64,000 nucleotides of DNA. It comes from Eledone cirrhosa (lineage: Eukaryota). A program made the position numbers and the translations under genes. The stretch covers positions 36,642,001-36,706,000 of the forward strand of contig OZ024753.1 in assembly GCA_964016885.1 (NCBI GenBank), read 5' to 3'. The notes below the pieces were generated by a model that did not search any database, was not told the origin of the DNA, and worked only from the letters and a program-made list of their open reading frames with translations. Every line of letters starts with the position of its first letter. Position 1 is the first letter of the stretch. Shown piece by piece: positions 17,221 to 32,345 of the stretch.

Positions 17221-17795
17221 ATATATATACTCACATTTTCACACCGTAACTTGTACATAGATTCCTGATTCTAATATTCATTTTACATAACATAAAATCG
17301 CCATAAATCATGTAAGATAGCTGTAATATAAACATAACCCAAATGTTTCCACCACCTCAGCCCCTCACCCCTCACCACCTCAGTCACTAACCACCTCACC
17401 ACCACCATCACCTTACCACCACCATCATCTCACCCCCCCACACCACCACCACCTTACCACCTCACCACCTCACCACCTCAGCCCCCTCACCATCCCCACC
17501 ACCTCACCACATACCCACCTCACCACCTCACCGCCTTACCCCCACCCCACCCCACCTCATCACTTCATCCCTTCATCCCTTCATCAATCCATCATTCCAC
17601 AATAACCAAGAAACGACATTTTACTTCTAGAAACTCATCGTATTAGTTAACAATGTAAGTTTTAAGTTTTAATGATTTCCCTCCATTAATCTTTATCTAT
17701 TAAACTCTCTTTCTCTCTTTCCTCCATTCCTCCATTTCTCTCTTTCTTACTTTACTTACGCTCCGTTTCGTTTTCTTATATATATATATATATAG

Positions 17796-17834
<39 letters not shown>

Positions 17835-18317
17835 CTTACTTTTTTCTTATTATTATTTTTAAGCATAACTTATCTAGCAGCTACACAGCCAATTCTCTTC
17901 TTCATATATTATATATATATATGTTTGTGTGTGTGTGTGGGGGGGGGGGGGGGGTGTTAGTGCGTGTGTGTGTATTTATTTACCTATTTATTTATTTATA
18001 TAATTTTCTCTGTATTCCATTTCCGAACACATTAAATAGCTTACAACGCAAACGTGTATTCATTTAGTAATTTAACTCTTACCAGAACCAACTTTTACTT
18101 TCTCTCTGTCTCTCTGTCTCTCTCCCTCTCTCTCCTACCATCCTCACTTTATTTCTCTCTTCCCTCTCTCTCCTCTTCTCTTCCTCTCTCTCTCCCTCTC
18201 GTTCCCCACTCTCGTTACCCCCCTCTCCAACGGAACCCTGTGCTTAAGCACAATTGTAAATCTGGCACTACTCTTACCATATCTTTCTCCCTTTGAATCC
18301 TTCGTATTCTTAGTGAA

Positions 18318-18540
18318 GGCGCGTGGCTGAGTGGTTAGAGAATTGGATTCGCAATCGTGAAGTTGTGAGTTCGATTTCCGGACCGGATGATACGCCATGT
18401 CCTTGAGCAAGACACTTTATTTCACATTACTCCTTCTACCTGGAGTTGCGGCCGATAGATAGTATTAGCAATTGGAAAGACCAATGGAAGCATTGTTTCA
18501 TCAGTCCGATTTGACGAAAGTCGATCGACTGTCGATTCTT
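18318..18540 (+). mobile_element. SINE family B (tRNA head + CORE-like GTCCTTGAGCAAGACAC) followed by one partial satellite monomer
   Basis: TGGCTGAGTGG A box and AGTTCGATTTCC B box; 18434-18530 is the reverse complement of the 15195-16222 unit. Confidence 0.8.
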
Positions 18541-19148
18541 TCCGTTTAGATTATATCTTCCATGTTCAAACCAGGAATTGGATGGGTTCTGCCAGGTTGA
18601 AATACCCAAAACATACACTATGATACCCCTGCGACTCTATGAATAGTTTGGTAACCATTTATATTAAAGAAGTTCAAACAAAGTGTTCCCATCAAAACAC
18701 ATCCCTTCCACTCTCATATCATATAAATGAACGCATTCACACATTCATATAAATATGCACACATCCACTCACGTATATATAATATATACACCCACTATAC
18801 ACCCACAGACATAGAAACAAACGACAATGAAATGAAAAATAGTAATAATACTAATAATGATAAAAAAAAAGGGCTTTGTTTTTAACAGTCAATACTGTGT
18901 TAGGGTGTGTCCGATGTGTCAACGAAAAGTTGAGGGTTTCTATTTAATGTATATACAAATATGTGTGTTTGTGTGTTGTATATATATATATATATACATG
19001 TTCTATTTATAATATATATATATGTATAAAGATAAAGTATATTTATATACACACACAAATACATACGGATTATATGTAATGCTGTTTTGGTTGTTGTTTA
19101 TTTACTTTCGCTTAAGTATTTAACATCAACAACAACAACAGCAACAGC

Positions 19149-19179
<31 letters not shown>

Positions 19180-19315
19180 GCAACAACAACAACAACAACA
19201 ATCTCTATAATAATGCACTGTTCTTTCACTTTTTTCTCATTTTGTTTGCTTCTTTTATTTTTTTGTTTATCCTTCTCGCTGTTTTGGGGTTTTATTGTTT
19301 TACTATGCTTTCATT

Positions 19316-19379
<64 letters not shown>

Positions 19380-19437
19380 TTAAAAAATAATGAATAAAAC
19401 AATGAAACAGTTCCTTATATTAAACAAAAAAAGATCA

Positions 19438-19582
19438 TTATTTAACGATCGTTTCTAGGACATATATGTGTTAGAATTGGCATGCATATTCAACAGATCT
19501 ATGTACAAAATTATACAAAATTATACAAACTATCAAATATAATATACATACCAACACATACATATGCCGTCTTCAGAAATAA
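19438..19582 (-). ncRNA. Type I hammerhead candidate with long stem II
   Basis: TTATTT-CTGAAGA-C[GGCATATGTATGTGTT ... AACACATATATGTCC]TA-GAAA-CGATCG-TT-AAATAA; related 3' fragment at 50293-50370. Confidence 0.6.
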
Positions 19583-19594
19583 ATATATATATAT

Positions 19595-19862
19595 AAATAG
19601 ATATGACATACCTTTCAATCGACTTGCATTTGGGAAGTTGATTTATTTATAAGACTATTTATATTGTATTTAGTCTGATGAAGGCATAACATATTGTTAA
19701 TATGATATCCCTGAAATATATATAATGAAATAAATATGGTTTTATAAATATAGTTTCCATTTATTTAATATCATAAATATACTCCAAATACTTGTTGAGT
19801 GCTTTTATATCAGTTATAAATATTTACTCGTTGTTAACCCAACAATTTAAATATAACTTTCC
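19595..19862 (+). mobile_element. Penelope-like insert, family P5, with hammerhead candidate at 19667-19732
   Basis: Near-identical to 4512-4645 plus tail; first 46 bp inverted relative to the 4470-4515 copy; further fragment at 30058-30143. Confidence 0.7.
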
Positions 19863-19909
<47 letters not shown>

Positions 19910-20128
19910 GGCGGACTGGCCAGGTTGCCCAATGGCAAGGGGACCCCAGAGGCCATGAACGACAACTACAACACTTTCTTTTGAAAATTTTGAAAGTAGG
20001 TTTATAAGTATGAATTTTCGTAAGATTTTCGTAGTTGTCTCTGTGGCCTAGCGATAGGAACTAGAGACGGTGAAATCCTGGCATTGGGTTCAATCCTGGT
20101 CAAGAGATGTTACGCAACATCGATGTTA

Positions 20129-20509
20129 CGCAACATCGTATACAAATGTACTATCGAATCGGATAGACAGAAGTGGTACTATGTGGGATCTACAGCCACC
20201 TCCTTGAAATCACGCCTTTATAGACATCGTTATTCGATAAAACATGAAAACCAGCGTTATGTAACAACACTCGCAGACAAGGCTTGGCAGCTGCGTGAAA
20301 ATAACCAACAATTTCACCTAAAATGGGATATAATAGCGGCTGCCCCCCCATATTCCAATGGACAGGAATTTTGTAAATTATGTAATGTAGAATTATTTTG
20401 TATTATGAAATCCAAAAACATTTTATTAAATAACAGAATAGAGCGATCGTTATACTGTAACCATCGCTTAAAATCTACATTTTCATATTATAAATACTAC
20501 CAGGATTGA
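20129..20509 (+). CDS. GIY-YIG endonuclease, C-terminal part of a 5'-truncated Penelope-like retroelement ORF
   Basis: NIVYKC...YYVGST...LKSRLYRH...W.I...Y..G...CKLCNVE..I.....LLNNR.E....C.H; GIY-YIG motifs with conserved Arg, Glu and Asn; uninterrupted to the stop codon, followed by a UTR-like stretch to ~21160. Confidence 0.85.
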   Translation, partial: RNIVYKCTIESDRQKWYYVGSTATSLKSRLYRHRYSIKHENQRYVTTLADKAWQLRENNQQFHLKWDIIAAAPPYSNGQEFCKLCNVELFCIMKSKNILLNNRIERSLYCNHRLKSTFSYYKYYQD

Positions 20510-21157
20510 ACGCCTGTCTCTATCCCCGTTTGATTGTCAAAATAGATATGAACATTCTTTATTAGTCTTAATTCTATCAACTCTTCTATTACTTAATACT
20601 AACTGCTATAGATAATACTAACTGCTATAGATAAAATGAGATTTCTGATTTTTTGATTCAATTCCCTAGTGCAAATACTAGCTGACTACTAGCATTGATG
20701 TTATTTAGTAGCAATCGAAATCTCCCCCTTCCCCAATTGCCACTTTATGATTAATACTACTGCACCAAATGACCAGCCCTGTCCACTGTCCAGTTGGTCA
20801 AGTAGAGATTAAAATCGGCACTCCCAAAATTCTTATTTAGATTTACTCATGGTATTCTCATTAAAAACCCATTATATACTTGTTTAGCAGTAAATTATTT
20901 TACCATCTGTCATATTCTATCCCCTCTGTTCCTTCCTCTTTTACTAATATAAATACTTCAATTTTTCTGATTTTATCCAGTTTATCCAAAATCTCTGAAG
21001 AAGTGACAACTGATTATACATTTGCTATCGAATACTTGCTAACATTATATGATTACGCAAGCAGCGATACATAGGTATTCGGTCTGTTACAGAAACATAT
21101 GTCAATACCTAATAAATTCCTTTTTTAACAAAAGCACTTTCATTTTATATTCATCCT

Positions 21158-21194
<37 letters not shown>

Positions 21195-21208
21195 CATATA
21201 TGTATATA

Positions 21209-21248
<40 letters not shown>

Positions 21249-21426
21249 ATTTCATATATATATATAATAATATATATATATATAATTTATTTATTAATGT
21301 TCGTACACGGTACAAAATCGGTACCCAAGGTTTCAGGCCCAATATTGACCCTATCGCCAGAATTTACAAGGAGGATCAAAATTGTGACCCATCTTCAGGC
21401 GCTTATGAGTATATATATATGCATAT

Positions 21427-21472
<46 letters not shown>

Positions 21473-21473
<1 letters not shown>

Positions 21474-21850
21474 GTTTTAATATAGATGAGATTCTACAGG
21501 ACTAGAACTGTTTCATTCATTAGAAATCATCAGGAATAACAGACCGAATACCTATGTATCGCTGCTTGCGTAATCATATAATGTTAGCAAGTATTCGATA
21601 GCAAATGTATAATCAGTTGTCACTTCTTCAGAGATTTTGGATAAACTGGATAAAATCAGAAAAATTGAAGTATTTATATTAGTAAAAGAGGAAGGAACAG
21701 AGGGGATAGAATATGACAGATTCCTGATGATTTCTAATGAATGAAACAGTTCTAGTCCTGTAGAATCTCATCTATATTAAAACTATTATACTCTGCTATG
21801 TATTGAGTACCTTACTTACTGTGGTTACCTCCGATTCAACCCGGAATAAC

Positions 21851-21852
<2 letters not shown>
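21473..21852 (+). mobile_element. P1 fold-back insert with a captured 185-bp spacer; hammerhead at 21718-21768
   Basis: Standard P1 arms and tail; 21537-21721 is the reverse complement of 20905-21089. Confidence 0.9.
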
Positions 21853-21884
<32 letters not shown>

Positions 21885-21885
21885 C

Positions 21886-21938
<53 letters not shown>

Positions 21939-21939
21939 C

Positions 21940-21986
<47 letters not shown>

Positions 21987-22130
21987 TACATATGTAAAAA
22001 TATACACATATATATATATATACATATGTATGTGTGTATATATGTATGTATATATATACGTGGCTGTCCAGAAGGTTCTTTCTCCCAAATTCCCCCTCAG
22101 AGGTCGTTCATTGCACAACAAAAGGTTATA

Positions 22131-22230
22131 TATAGTAGAAGCCACTTGCTTAAGGGGACTGCGCAGTTGGACTGAACCCAGAACAGTGTGGTTGTGATGT
22201 GAACTCCTTAAAAACACACCCATGCTTGCG
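22131..22230 (-). mobile_element. Diverged tRNA-derived SINE family C head
   Basis: Reverse complement contains GGTTCAGTCC B box and a CORE-like CTTAAGCAAGTG; weaker relative at ~54075-54160. Confidence 0.55.
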
Positions 22231-22412
22231 ACTATTTATCACTGTTGTTGTGGTTGTTGTGGTAAACATATGTAAATATCTAAACAGGGATATTGTTTTT
22301 TAGGTGAACAATTCAAGGGAAATATAAACTATATATAAATATAAAAAAAGCTTATCGCGGAAAAGGCTAATCAAAGAAATGCAAACTATCTCCCCTTAAC
22401 AAATGTTACTCC

Positions 22413-22504
<92 letters not shown>

Positions 22505-22505
22505 A

Positions 22506-22537
<32 letters not shown>

Positions 22538-22600
22538 AACTGACTTCCCTTTTTTATTTTCATTCTTTCTTTAGCATTATCTTTCGTTGTATATACATAT

Positions 22601-22676
<76 letters not shown>

Positions 22677-22757
22677 GTCTTTCTCTCTTTCTCTCTTTCT
22701 CTCTCTCTTTCTCTCTATATATATACATACATACATATATATATATACCCATATATC

Positions 22758-22794
<37 letters not shown>

Positions 22795-22954
22795 ACATAT
22801 ATATGTATGTATATGATTTACCAGTTCATTTCATCATTAACTATTTACTTAGATAGGAAGGAAATGAGTCTACTCAACAGAGAAACATGAGAACACACTT
22901 ACACATATACACGTAGAATCACATACACATGCACACAAAGATATATATATACAT

Positions 22955-23051
<97 letters not shown>

Positions 23052-23052
23052 C

Positions 23053-23120
<68 letters not shown>

Positions 23121-23121
23121 G

Positions 23122-23230
<109 letters not shown>

Positions 23231-23231
23231 G

Positions 23232-23375
<144 letters not shown>

Positions 23376-23376
23376 C

Positions 23377-23425
<49 letters not shown>

Positions 23426-23448
23426 TATATATATACACATAAACATAT

Positions 23449-23485
<37 letters not shown>

Positions 23486-23510
23486 CATATATATATATAA
23501 ATATACATAC

Positions 23511-23593
<83 letters not shown>

Positions 23594-23621
23594 TATATAT
23601 ATACACATAACATAAACATAG

Positions 23622-23666
<45 letters not shown>

Positions 23667-23691
23667 CATACATATATACATATATACATAC

Positions 23692-23810
<119 letters not shown>

Positions 23811-24646
23811 AGATTGTGCATTTTTGTATATTTATCGCAGCTTCCATTTTCTCTTTTTTCCTATTTTTGTTCTTATTTAAACATTTAGGGTGGGGATATT
23901 TTGTGGTGATATCGTATCGCTGATGTGCAAACATATGTGTTAACACAATACTTAACCCTAAAATATATATAACAACAACAACAGCCACAACAACAACGAC
24001 AACAGCAACAACAAGAACTGCAACAATAACAACAATAAGAACAACATCTGCAATGATAACAGCATTAACATCAACAATAGCTGTAACACGTGCAACAACA
24101 ACAACAACAACAACAACCATGACAGCCAAAACAACTCCCCCACAATACTAACATCAACAACAACAATAACATGAATAACTGCAGACACTAAAGTAACATC
24201 AGCAGCAATAACAAAAATAACAAAAACAACAACAATACTAACAGTAACAACAGCCACAACAGTAACAACAACAATACTAACAGTAACAACAGCCACAACA
24301 GTAACAACAACCACAAACAGTAACAACATCCACAACAGTAACAACAACCACAAACAGTAACAACATCCACAACAGTAACAACAGTCATAAAAGTAACAAC
24401 AGCCACAACAGTAACAACAACAACCTCACCAGTAAAAAACACAACAGCAACAACAACTACAACAATAACAACAACCACAACAGTAACAACAACAACCACA
24501 CCAGCAACAACAACCACAACAGTAACAAACACAACAGCAACAACAACTACAACAATAACAACAACCACAACAGTAACATGGCGAAGTCCATCACATCTCT
24601 GTGCCTGAACACAGTCGATTTCCACCAGAGAAAGGGAGAAATTGAT

Positions 24647-25185
24647 ATACGAAGCTTTCCTCTTTGCTTGCTCTCAGAAACTCGTCTGGGGTTCTTCTCT
24701 ATGAAGAGATATATCTTCGCGAGATCCCCATCTCACGAAGATATATCTTGGTGATTCCCTACATCCGGTCACAACACCATCTTCTGATGTTCATGGCGTG
24801 GAGGCAAAGACGAATTTCTCAGTGACTAATGTCACCAGAGCAACTAAAGCGCTCCAAGCGTGGCAAGGCCTCCGGGGAGGAAGAAATTCAGCCCGAGATG
24901 TCCTGAGCCTTAAATTAGAGAAAGTATTCTGTGGCTGTCTCGAATATACATGCGTATGTTTGTTTGTTTGTGCATGAGTGTGTGTGTGGTAAGTGTATGT
25001 GTGTATGTGTGTATTCATATGCGTGTGCGTGTGTGTGTGTGTGTGAGTGTGTGTGTGTGCGTGTGTGTGTGTGTGTGTGTGCGTGTGTGTGTGTGCGTGT
25101 GTGTGTGCGTGTGTGTGTGCGTGCGTGTGTGTGTGTGTGTGAGTGTGTGTGTGTGTGCGTGTGTGTGTGTGTGTGCGTGCGTGTG

Positions 25186-25216
<31 letters not shown>

Positions 25217-25487
25217 ATGTTTGTGTGTGGGTGGGGGGTGCGTGTGTGTGCGCGTGTGTGTATGTGTGTGTGTGTGTGTATGTGTGTGTGTGTATGCGTG
25301 TGCGTGTATGTGTGTGTGTGTGTGTGTGTGTATGTGTGTGTGTGTGTGTTCGTGTGTGTGTGTGTATGTCTCTGTGTGATTAGTTTGCGATCGAGCATGC
25401 ATTCATGCTTGCGACCATTTCGTTGTATTTAATACTGTACCGAACTGAAAGCCCCCATATGACATTACACGGAGAAATGACGGGATA
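24647..25487 (+). repeat. Left arm of a long inverted duplication with internal (TG)n
   Basis: Both unique flanks of the (TG)n align, in reverse complement, to 27277-27857. Confidence 0.85.
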
Positions 25488-25559
25488 AAGGGCATAATCA
25501 ATCCCCAGTCATCATCATCATCCAGTTTTTGATTATGCCGGACACAATCCCTAAATAAG

Positions 25560-25790
25560 GGTGGGTCCTGCCTGACAACACTCCTTAGCGTCCCGCTTCA
25601 TGTGTTTCAGTCTGCTGAGCTGGCCAGCCGCAAGTGTAAGCCTCGCGAGCTGGAATGGCTTTTCCAGCGCGTCTCCCTTGGCGTCCGACGGGGAAACGCC
25701 TTGTCCATTCTGTCCGCCGGGGCTGAGGGGAGGCCACCAATATGATTGACTGACTTGTCATTTTATCAGTCAGATGTTCTGATTCTATAT
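25560..25790 (+). pseudogene. 3' fragment of a CRE-like (restriction-like endonuclease) non-LTR element
   Basis: 25620-25745 translates LASRKCKPRELEWLFQRVSLGVRRGNALSILSAG...*, matching the QRxSxxxxRGNAxSIL terminus I associate with CRE-clade ORFs. Confidence 0.55.
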
Positions 25791-25872
25791 ATATATACTG
25801 TACCGATTGTTGTTATTTCTGTTTACCTTTTACACACACACACACATACACACTCACACACACATATATATA

Positions 25873-26059
25873 TAATTGTTTCTACTTTAGGCACAAGGCC
25901 AGCAATTACCCAGTGCATTACTGGTACTTTATTTTATCGACCCCGTAAGGATGAAAGGCAAAGTCAACCTCGGCGGGATTTGAACTCAGACGTAAAGAGA
26001 CGTAACTATGCTGGAAAGCATGGCGTCCGACCCTCTACCGATACTGCCAATCCACCGCC
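25873..26059 (-). mobile_element. SINE family A, full length
   Basis: Complete match to consensus; degraded relative at ~26155-26225. Confidence 0.9.
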
Positions 26060-26943
26060 CTTATATATATATATATATAATGGGACATTATACAGCAAGA
26101 TATGGTCCTCTAATGATGAATGTTGGTCACTTGGACCAGGTTAGTGCCCAACTGAAATTTTTTTATCGACCTCAAAAGGAGGAAAATAAAAGTTAACCTC
26201 AGCGGGTTTAGAAACCAGAGGGAAAAGAGTCGGAAATAATACCGCAATGAATTCAATCCGTTCTAAAACCATTACGAATTCACTACATTTTTTCATTTGG
26301 AACATTAGAAGTCAAAATCCAACTTTCCATTCTCAATATATCTGAATCATGAGATAGCTGACACAAATCTTAACATCCTTAACATATTAACTAGATCAAT
26401 GGTAACTAGTGATGGAACGTGGAACGTGTGCTGTTATGATGTTTAGAGGCTGCTTAACGTGGTAAAAGATATATGGTATATATATGAATATGAAAGCTTC
26501 TCTAAGTATGTCTGTAAGCGAGGATGGGGCTCGGAGAAACTAACGAGAGTATGTATATATCGTATATACATATAATACATACATACAAGTATATAATGTA
26601 ATGAAATGTTCATGTATGTATGTATTTATATATTTATAAATACATACACCATATATATGTATATGTACGTCATATATATGTATATATATACATATATATA
26701 TATATATACACACATACACACACACACGTGTGTATATAAATATATGTATATATATATATATAAAAAATATATATATATAAATATAAATATATAAATATAT
26801 ATATATAAGGTATATATATATATATACTGGTGTAGTGAGGAGAGTCTTATTACCATCAAAGTTAATTAACAGAGGCAGTTTTCAGTTCAGTTCTCTTTTG
26901 TCTTCTGTGAAGAAATTTTATACAGTAAAGGATGCGAACGATG

Positions 26944-27029
<86 letters not shown>

Positions 27030-27276
27030 CACACATATATATATATATATAAATATACATATATATGTGTAGATGGTGTATGTATGTATATAAATATAAA
27101 CATACATCCATGTATATTTTATTATATTTTATATATATATGTATATATATATGCTACATACATATTCTCGTTATCAAATTCTCTGAGCTCCATCCTTGCT
27201 TACAGACATATCTACAGAAACATCCACTTCTCTAATACAGAGACAGTGTTGCAGGATACCCACGAGAAGTCTTATC

Positions 27277-27441
27277 TATCTCGTCATTTCTCCGTGTAAT
27301 GTCATATGGGGGGCTTTTAGTTCGGTACAGTATTAAATACCACGAAATGGTCGCAAGCATGAATGCATGCTCGATCACAAACTAATCACACAGACACACA
27401 CGAATACACACACATACACATGCATGCACATACACACACAT

Positions 27442-27520
<79 letters not shown>

Positions 27521-27866
27521 CCTACCACACACACTCACGCACAAACAAATATACGCATGTATATTCGAGATAGCCAGAGAGTACTTTCTCTAATTTAAGC
27601 CTCAGGGCATCTCGGGCTGAATTTTTTCCTCCCAGGAAGCATTGCTACGCTTGGAGCGCTTTAGTTGCTCTGGTGACATCAGTCAGCGAGAAATTCGTCT
27701 TTGCCCCTAGCTCCACGCCATGAACATCAGAAGATGGTGTTGTGATCGGATGTAGGAAATCACCAATGTATTCTCCCCATCTCACGAAGATACACCTCTT
27801 CATAGAGAAGATCCCCAGACGAATTCTTGATAGCAAGCAAAGAGGAAGACTTCGTATTACGAAGTC
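27277..27866 (-). repeat. Right arm of the long inverted duplication
   Basis: Reverse complement of 24647-25487 with a shorter (CA)n; ends in hairpin GACTTCGTA-T-TACGAAGTC. Confidence 0.85.
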
Positions 27867-28041
27867 AGCGGATGGTCTGAAGCAGAAACTGTCGATCTGA
27901 GCAGTGTACGCTTTATTTCAACGTGCACAGTGTTTAGAGAGTTTATTGAATTTGGAATCAATAGTATCCACATACTTGGATCTGATCCTGTAATCAACCA
28001 ACGCTTCCCACTTTATGCTGCTGGTCAAATTCGACCATCTT

Positions 28042-28338
<297 letters not shown>

Positions 28339-28482
28339 AGAGAGAGAGAGAGAGATCGCTAGGTAGGGAGGTGGGTAGGTAGTTATGTGGGTAGCTGTGT
28401 AGTTATCTAGATGGATATGTGGGTAGATAGATAAATGAATAGATTTATAGAGAGATAGAAAGTCAGGCAAACAGACAGACAA

Positions 28483-28622
<140 letters not shown>

Positions 28623-28810
28623 GGTGCGGTTGGGTTATTTCCTTCATTCTTTCTATCATTCTCAATATCTCTATGTATAGGTCTTCTCAGAGTCTACACC
28701 ACAGACATTCTTCTCTGAAAGGTCTTCGGTTTTCTAATTACATTTTGCTACATCGACACTGTACATCTAAGCCCATTATAAGTTTAGATAGCATATATAT
28801 ACATTGAAGG

Positions 28811-28930
<120 letters not shown>

Positions 28931-28931
28931 A

Positions 28932-29005
<74 letters not shown>

Positions 29006-29027
29006 ATAATAATAAATATATAGTAAT

Positions 29028-29097
<70 letters not shown>

Positions 29098-29685
29098 ATA
29101 TATTTGTACATATATATATATATATATATATTTGTACATATATATACTTATATATATATTATATATATATAGAGAGAGTGATAGATATGTATACATATAT
29201 AGATATATATCTACAAATATTTATTTACCTCTCTCTATCTATCTGTCTCTTTATATGTGTATATGTGTGTGTGACGTATATGATATATATGTATGTCTGT
29301 ATATATATATGTATATGTGTGTGTGTGTGTATGTGTGTATTCGTGAGTGTGTCTGTGTAAATACATATATCTATTTATCGACCAATATTAAGCAAACATA
29401 TAAATACTCACGCACACACACACACATACACGCTTACACACAAACACACACGCGTATATGTCTTTATTTATATCTCTTTCTCACTCTCCCTCCCACCCTC
29501 TCTCTCCCTCTCCCCTCCCCCCACCCTCTCTCACTCTCTCTCTCTCTCTCACTCTTACAGAAATATTGACATACACAAATATTATATTATTACAATATTA
29601 CAAGATACTCCTATCCGCCATTAATAGTTACTGAACATCAGCAGAGTTTGTACATTATAAATGATATGTTATGATACGGTTGTTG

Positions 29686-29850
29686 TTGTTGGACCTCCGT
29701 CGGTATCGAGGACGAGTGTTCCAGTTGTTCGAACAATGGAACGGCTTTCTCGTGAAATTAACGTTCAGATGGTTGAGTATTTCACAGACGAGTTAACATA
29801 ATTCTAAACTTAATTCTCAGGGAGATTCAACGTGTCTCAGTGTGTAACAA
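29686..29850 (+). mobile_element. Interspersed repeat family D (LINE/SINE 3' tail)
   Basis: CTCCGTCGGT...CCAGTTG...GGAAC...GGGAGATTCA shared with ~32228-32600, ~41330-41440 and ~54818-54885. Confidence 0.55.
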
Positions 29851-29964
29851 AAGTACTTTTCGCCATCTGAGTAAACTGGAGTAATATACACTAAACAGGT
29901 ACTCGATGAGATTCCAAACACTTTCCGTCTACCCATATATATATTATATATATATATGTATATA

Positions 29965-30058
<94 letters not shown>

Positions 30059-30339
30059 AAAGTTCTATTTAAAGTTGTTGGGATACAACAAGTAAATATT
30101 TTTATAACTGATATAAATATAGCTTCCATTTATTAATATCGTATATATTTATATATATATATATATATATTAAAATTTTCCTTCTGATGAACGATTCCAG
30201 ACGTCTCTGTTGAGATTGCTTGTCTTCGTGGAACCTTTGGTAAATGGAACAATTGTATTGTGCTGTTTGTTACATATTTAAATAGCTCTGTAGTATACAT
30301 AGAGCATTCTCCTTTCCTTTACCCTTTCTTCAGAAATAC

Positions 30340-30390
<51 letters not shown>

Positions 30391-30394
<4 letters not shown>

Positions 30395-30731
30395 ATAATA
30401 ATAAATTTGAAGACTAAAATCCAAAGAGGGCTCGATAAGGATAAATATATATCAAATATATAAGAACCGTAGAGCAAATATTTATTAAAATAACAGATTA
30501 AAGTTTAAGCAAAGAATCGCTGCTTTCACCCTTAACGGGATCTTCTGATACGTTATTCCGGGTTGAATCGGAGGTAACCACAGTAAGTAAGGTACTCAAT
30601 ACAGAGAAAAGTATAAACGTTTTAATATAGATGAGATTCTACAGGACTAGAACTGTTTCTTTCTTTAGAAATCATGATTTCTAAAGAATGAAACAGTTCT
30701 AGTCCTGTAGAATCTCATCTATATTAAAACT
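30391..30731 (-). mobile_element. Chimeric P2+P1 Penelope-like insert
   Basis: P2 (30391-30548) abuts the P1 tail (from 30549) with no (TA)n spacer; P1 palindrome 30619-30730. Confidence 0.8.
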
Positions 30732-30791
<60 letters not shown>

Positions 30792-30793
<2 letters not shown>

Positions 30794-30871
30794 TGGTTAC
30801 ACAACAGTTAGTTCACCATACCGAGAGCAATTGTTTCACCTTAGCGGATCCTCAGCTCGTAGTGGACATGG

Positions 30872-30875
<4 letters not shown>
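30792..30875 (-). mobile_element. Family P9 fragment with a mutated hammerhead (30822-30859)
   Basis: CGAG-CTGAGGA-TCC(GCTAA)GGT-GAAA-CAATTG-CT-CTCG; homologous to 61488. Confidence 0.6.
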
Positions 30876-30916
<41 letters not shown>

Positions 30917-31278
30917 AAATTTAAACAGAAATAACAAGCCAAACGACGAAGTACAACGAAAAAATATATTAGTTTAATGCTTGATAAAGTAGGAAAAGTG
31001 TCTTAATGTTTCGGACACTAGTCCTTCATCAAATAAAATATGAAATAGAAAGATATAAAGTGGGAAGAGGAAGGAACGTGTGTATTCTGTCAGTCATTTT
31101 AAAACAAAATAAAGCCCACACAAGTTGATACACGTGTTCATGGACACACGTTCATACATGTGCACGCAGGGTAATACTGATCCACATACACAACGCACAT
31201 ACACTCATATCTACATATATATTTACATATTTATGTGAATACACATCTTCGCACACATCTAACTCCGCCACACCCAGA

Positions 31279-31995
<717 letters not shown>

Positions 31996-32345
31996 TCCAT
32001 ACTGTGTGATTATTTAATTTAATCTTAGCATTTTTTCCACGGTGTGAATGTAAAGTAACCTTTATATGAAATATGAAAAAAAGATGAGAGACACAAAAGA
32101 AAATAAAGCTCAATTTTTATTAAATTGAAAAACTTTCAATGCGATTTGATGTTTACAATAATTGAATTACGACCATTATTACGCTGAGGTGTTTAAGGTA
32201 ATTGAATTCCATAATATTGTATTACTGGAACGGACCTCCGTTGGTTTCGACGCAGATTGTTCCAAATGTCTGATCAATAGGATAGCTTAATTATGAGGAT
32301 AATGTGTAACTGAGTGGACATTCTATAGACGCGCATACACCTTAG

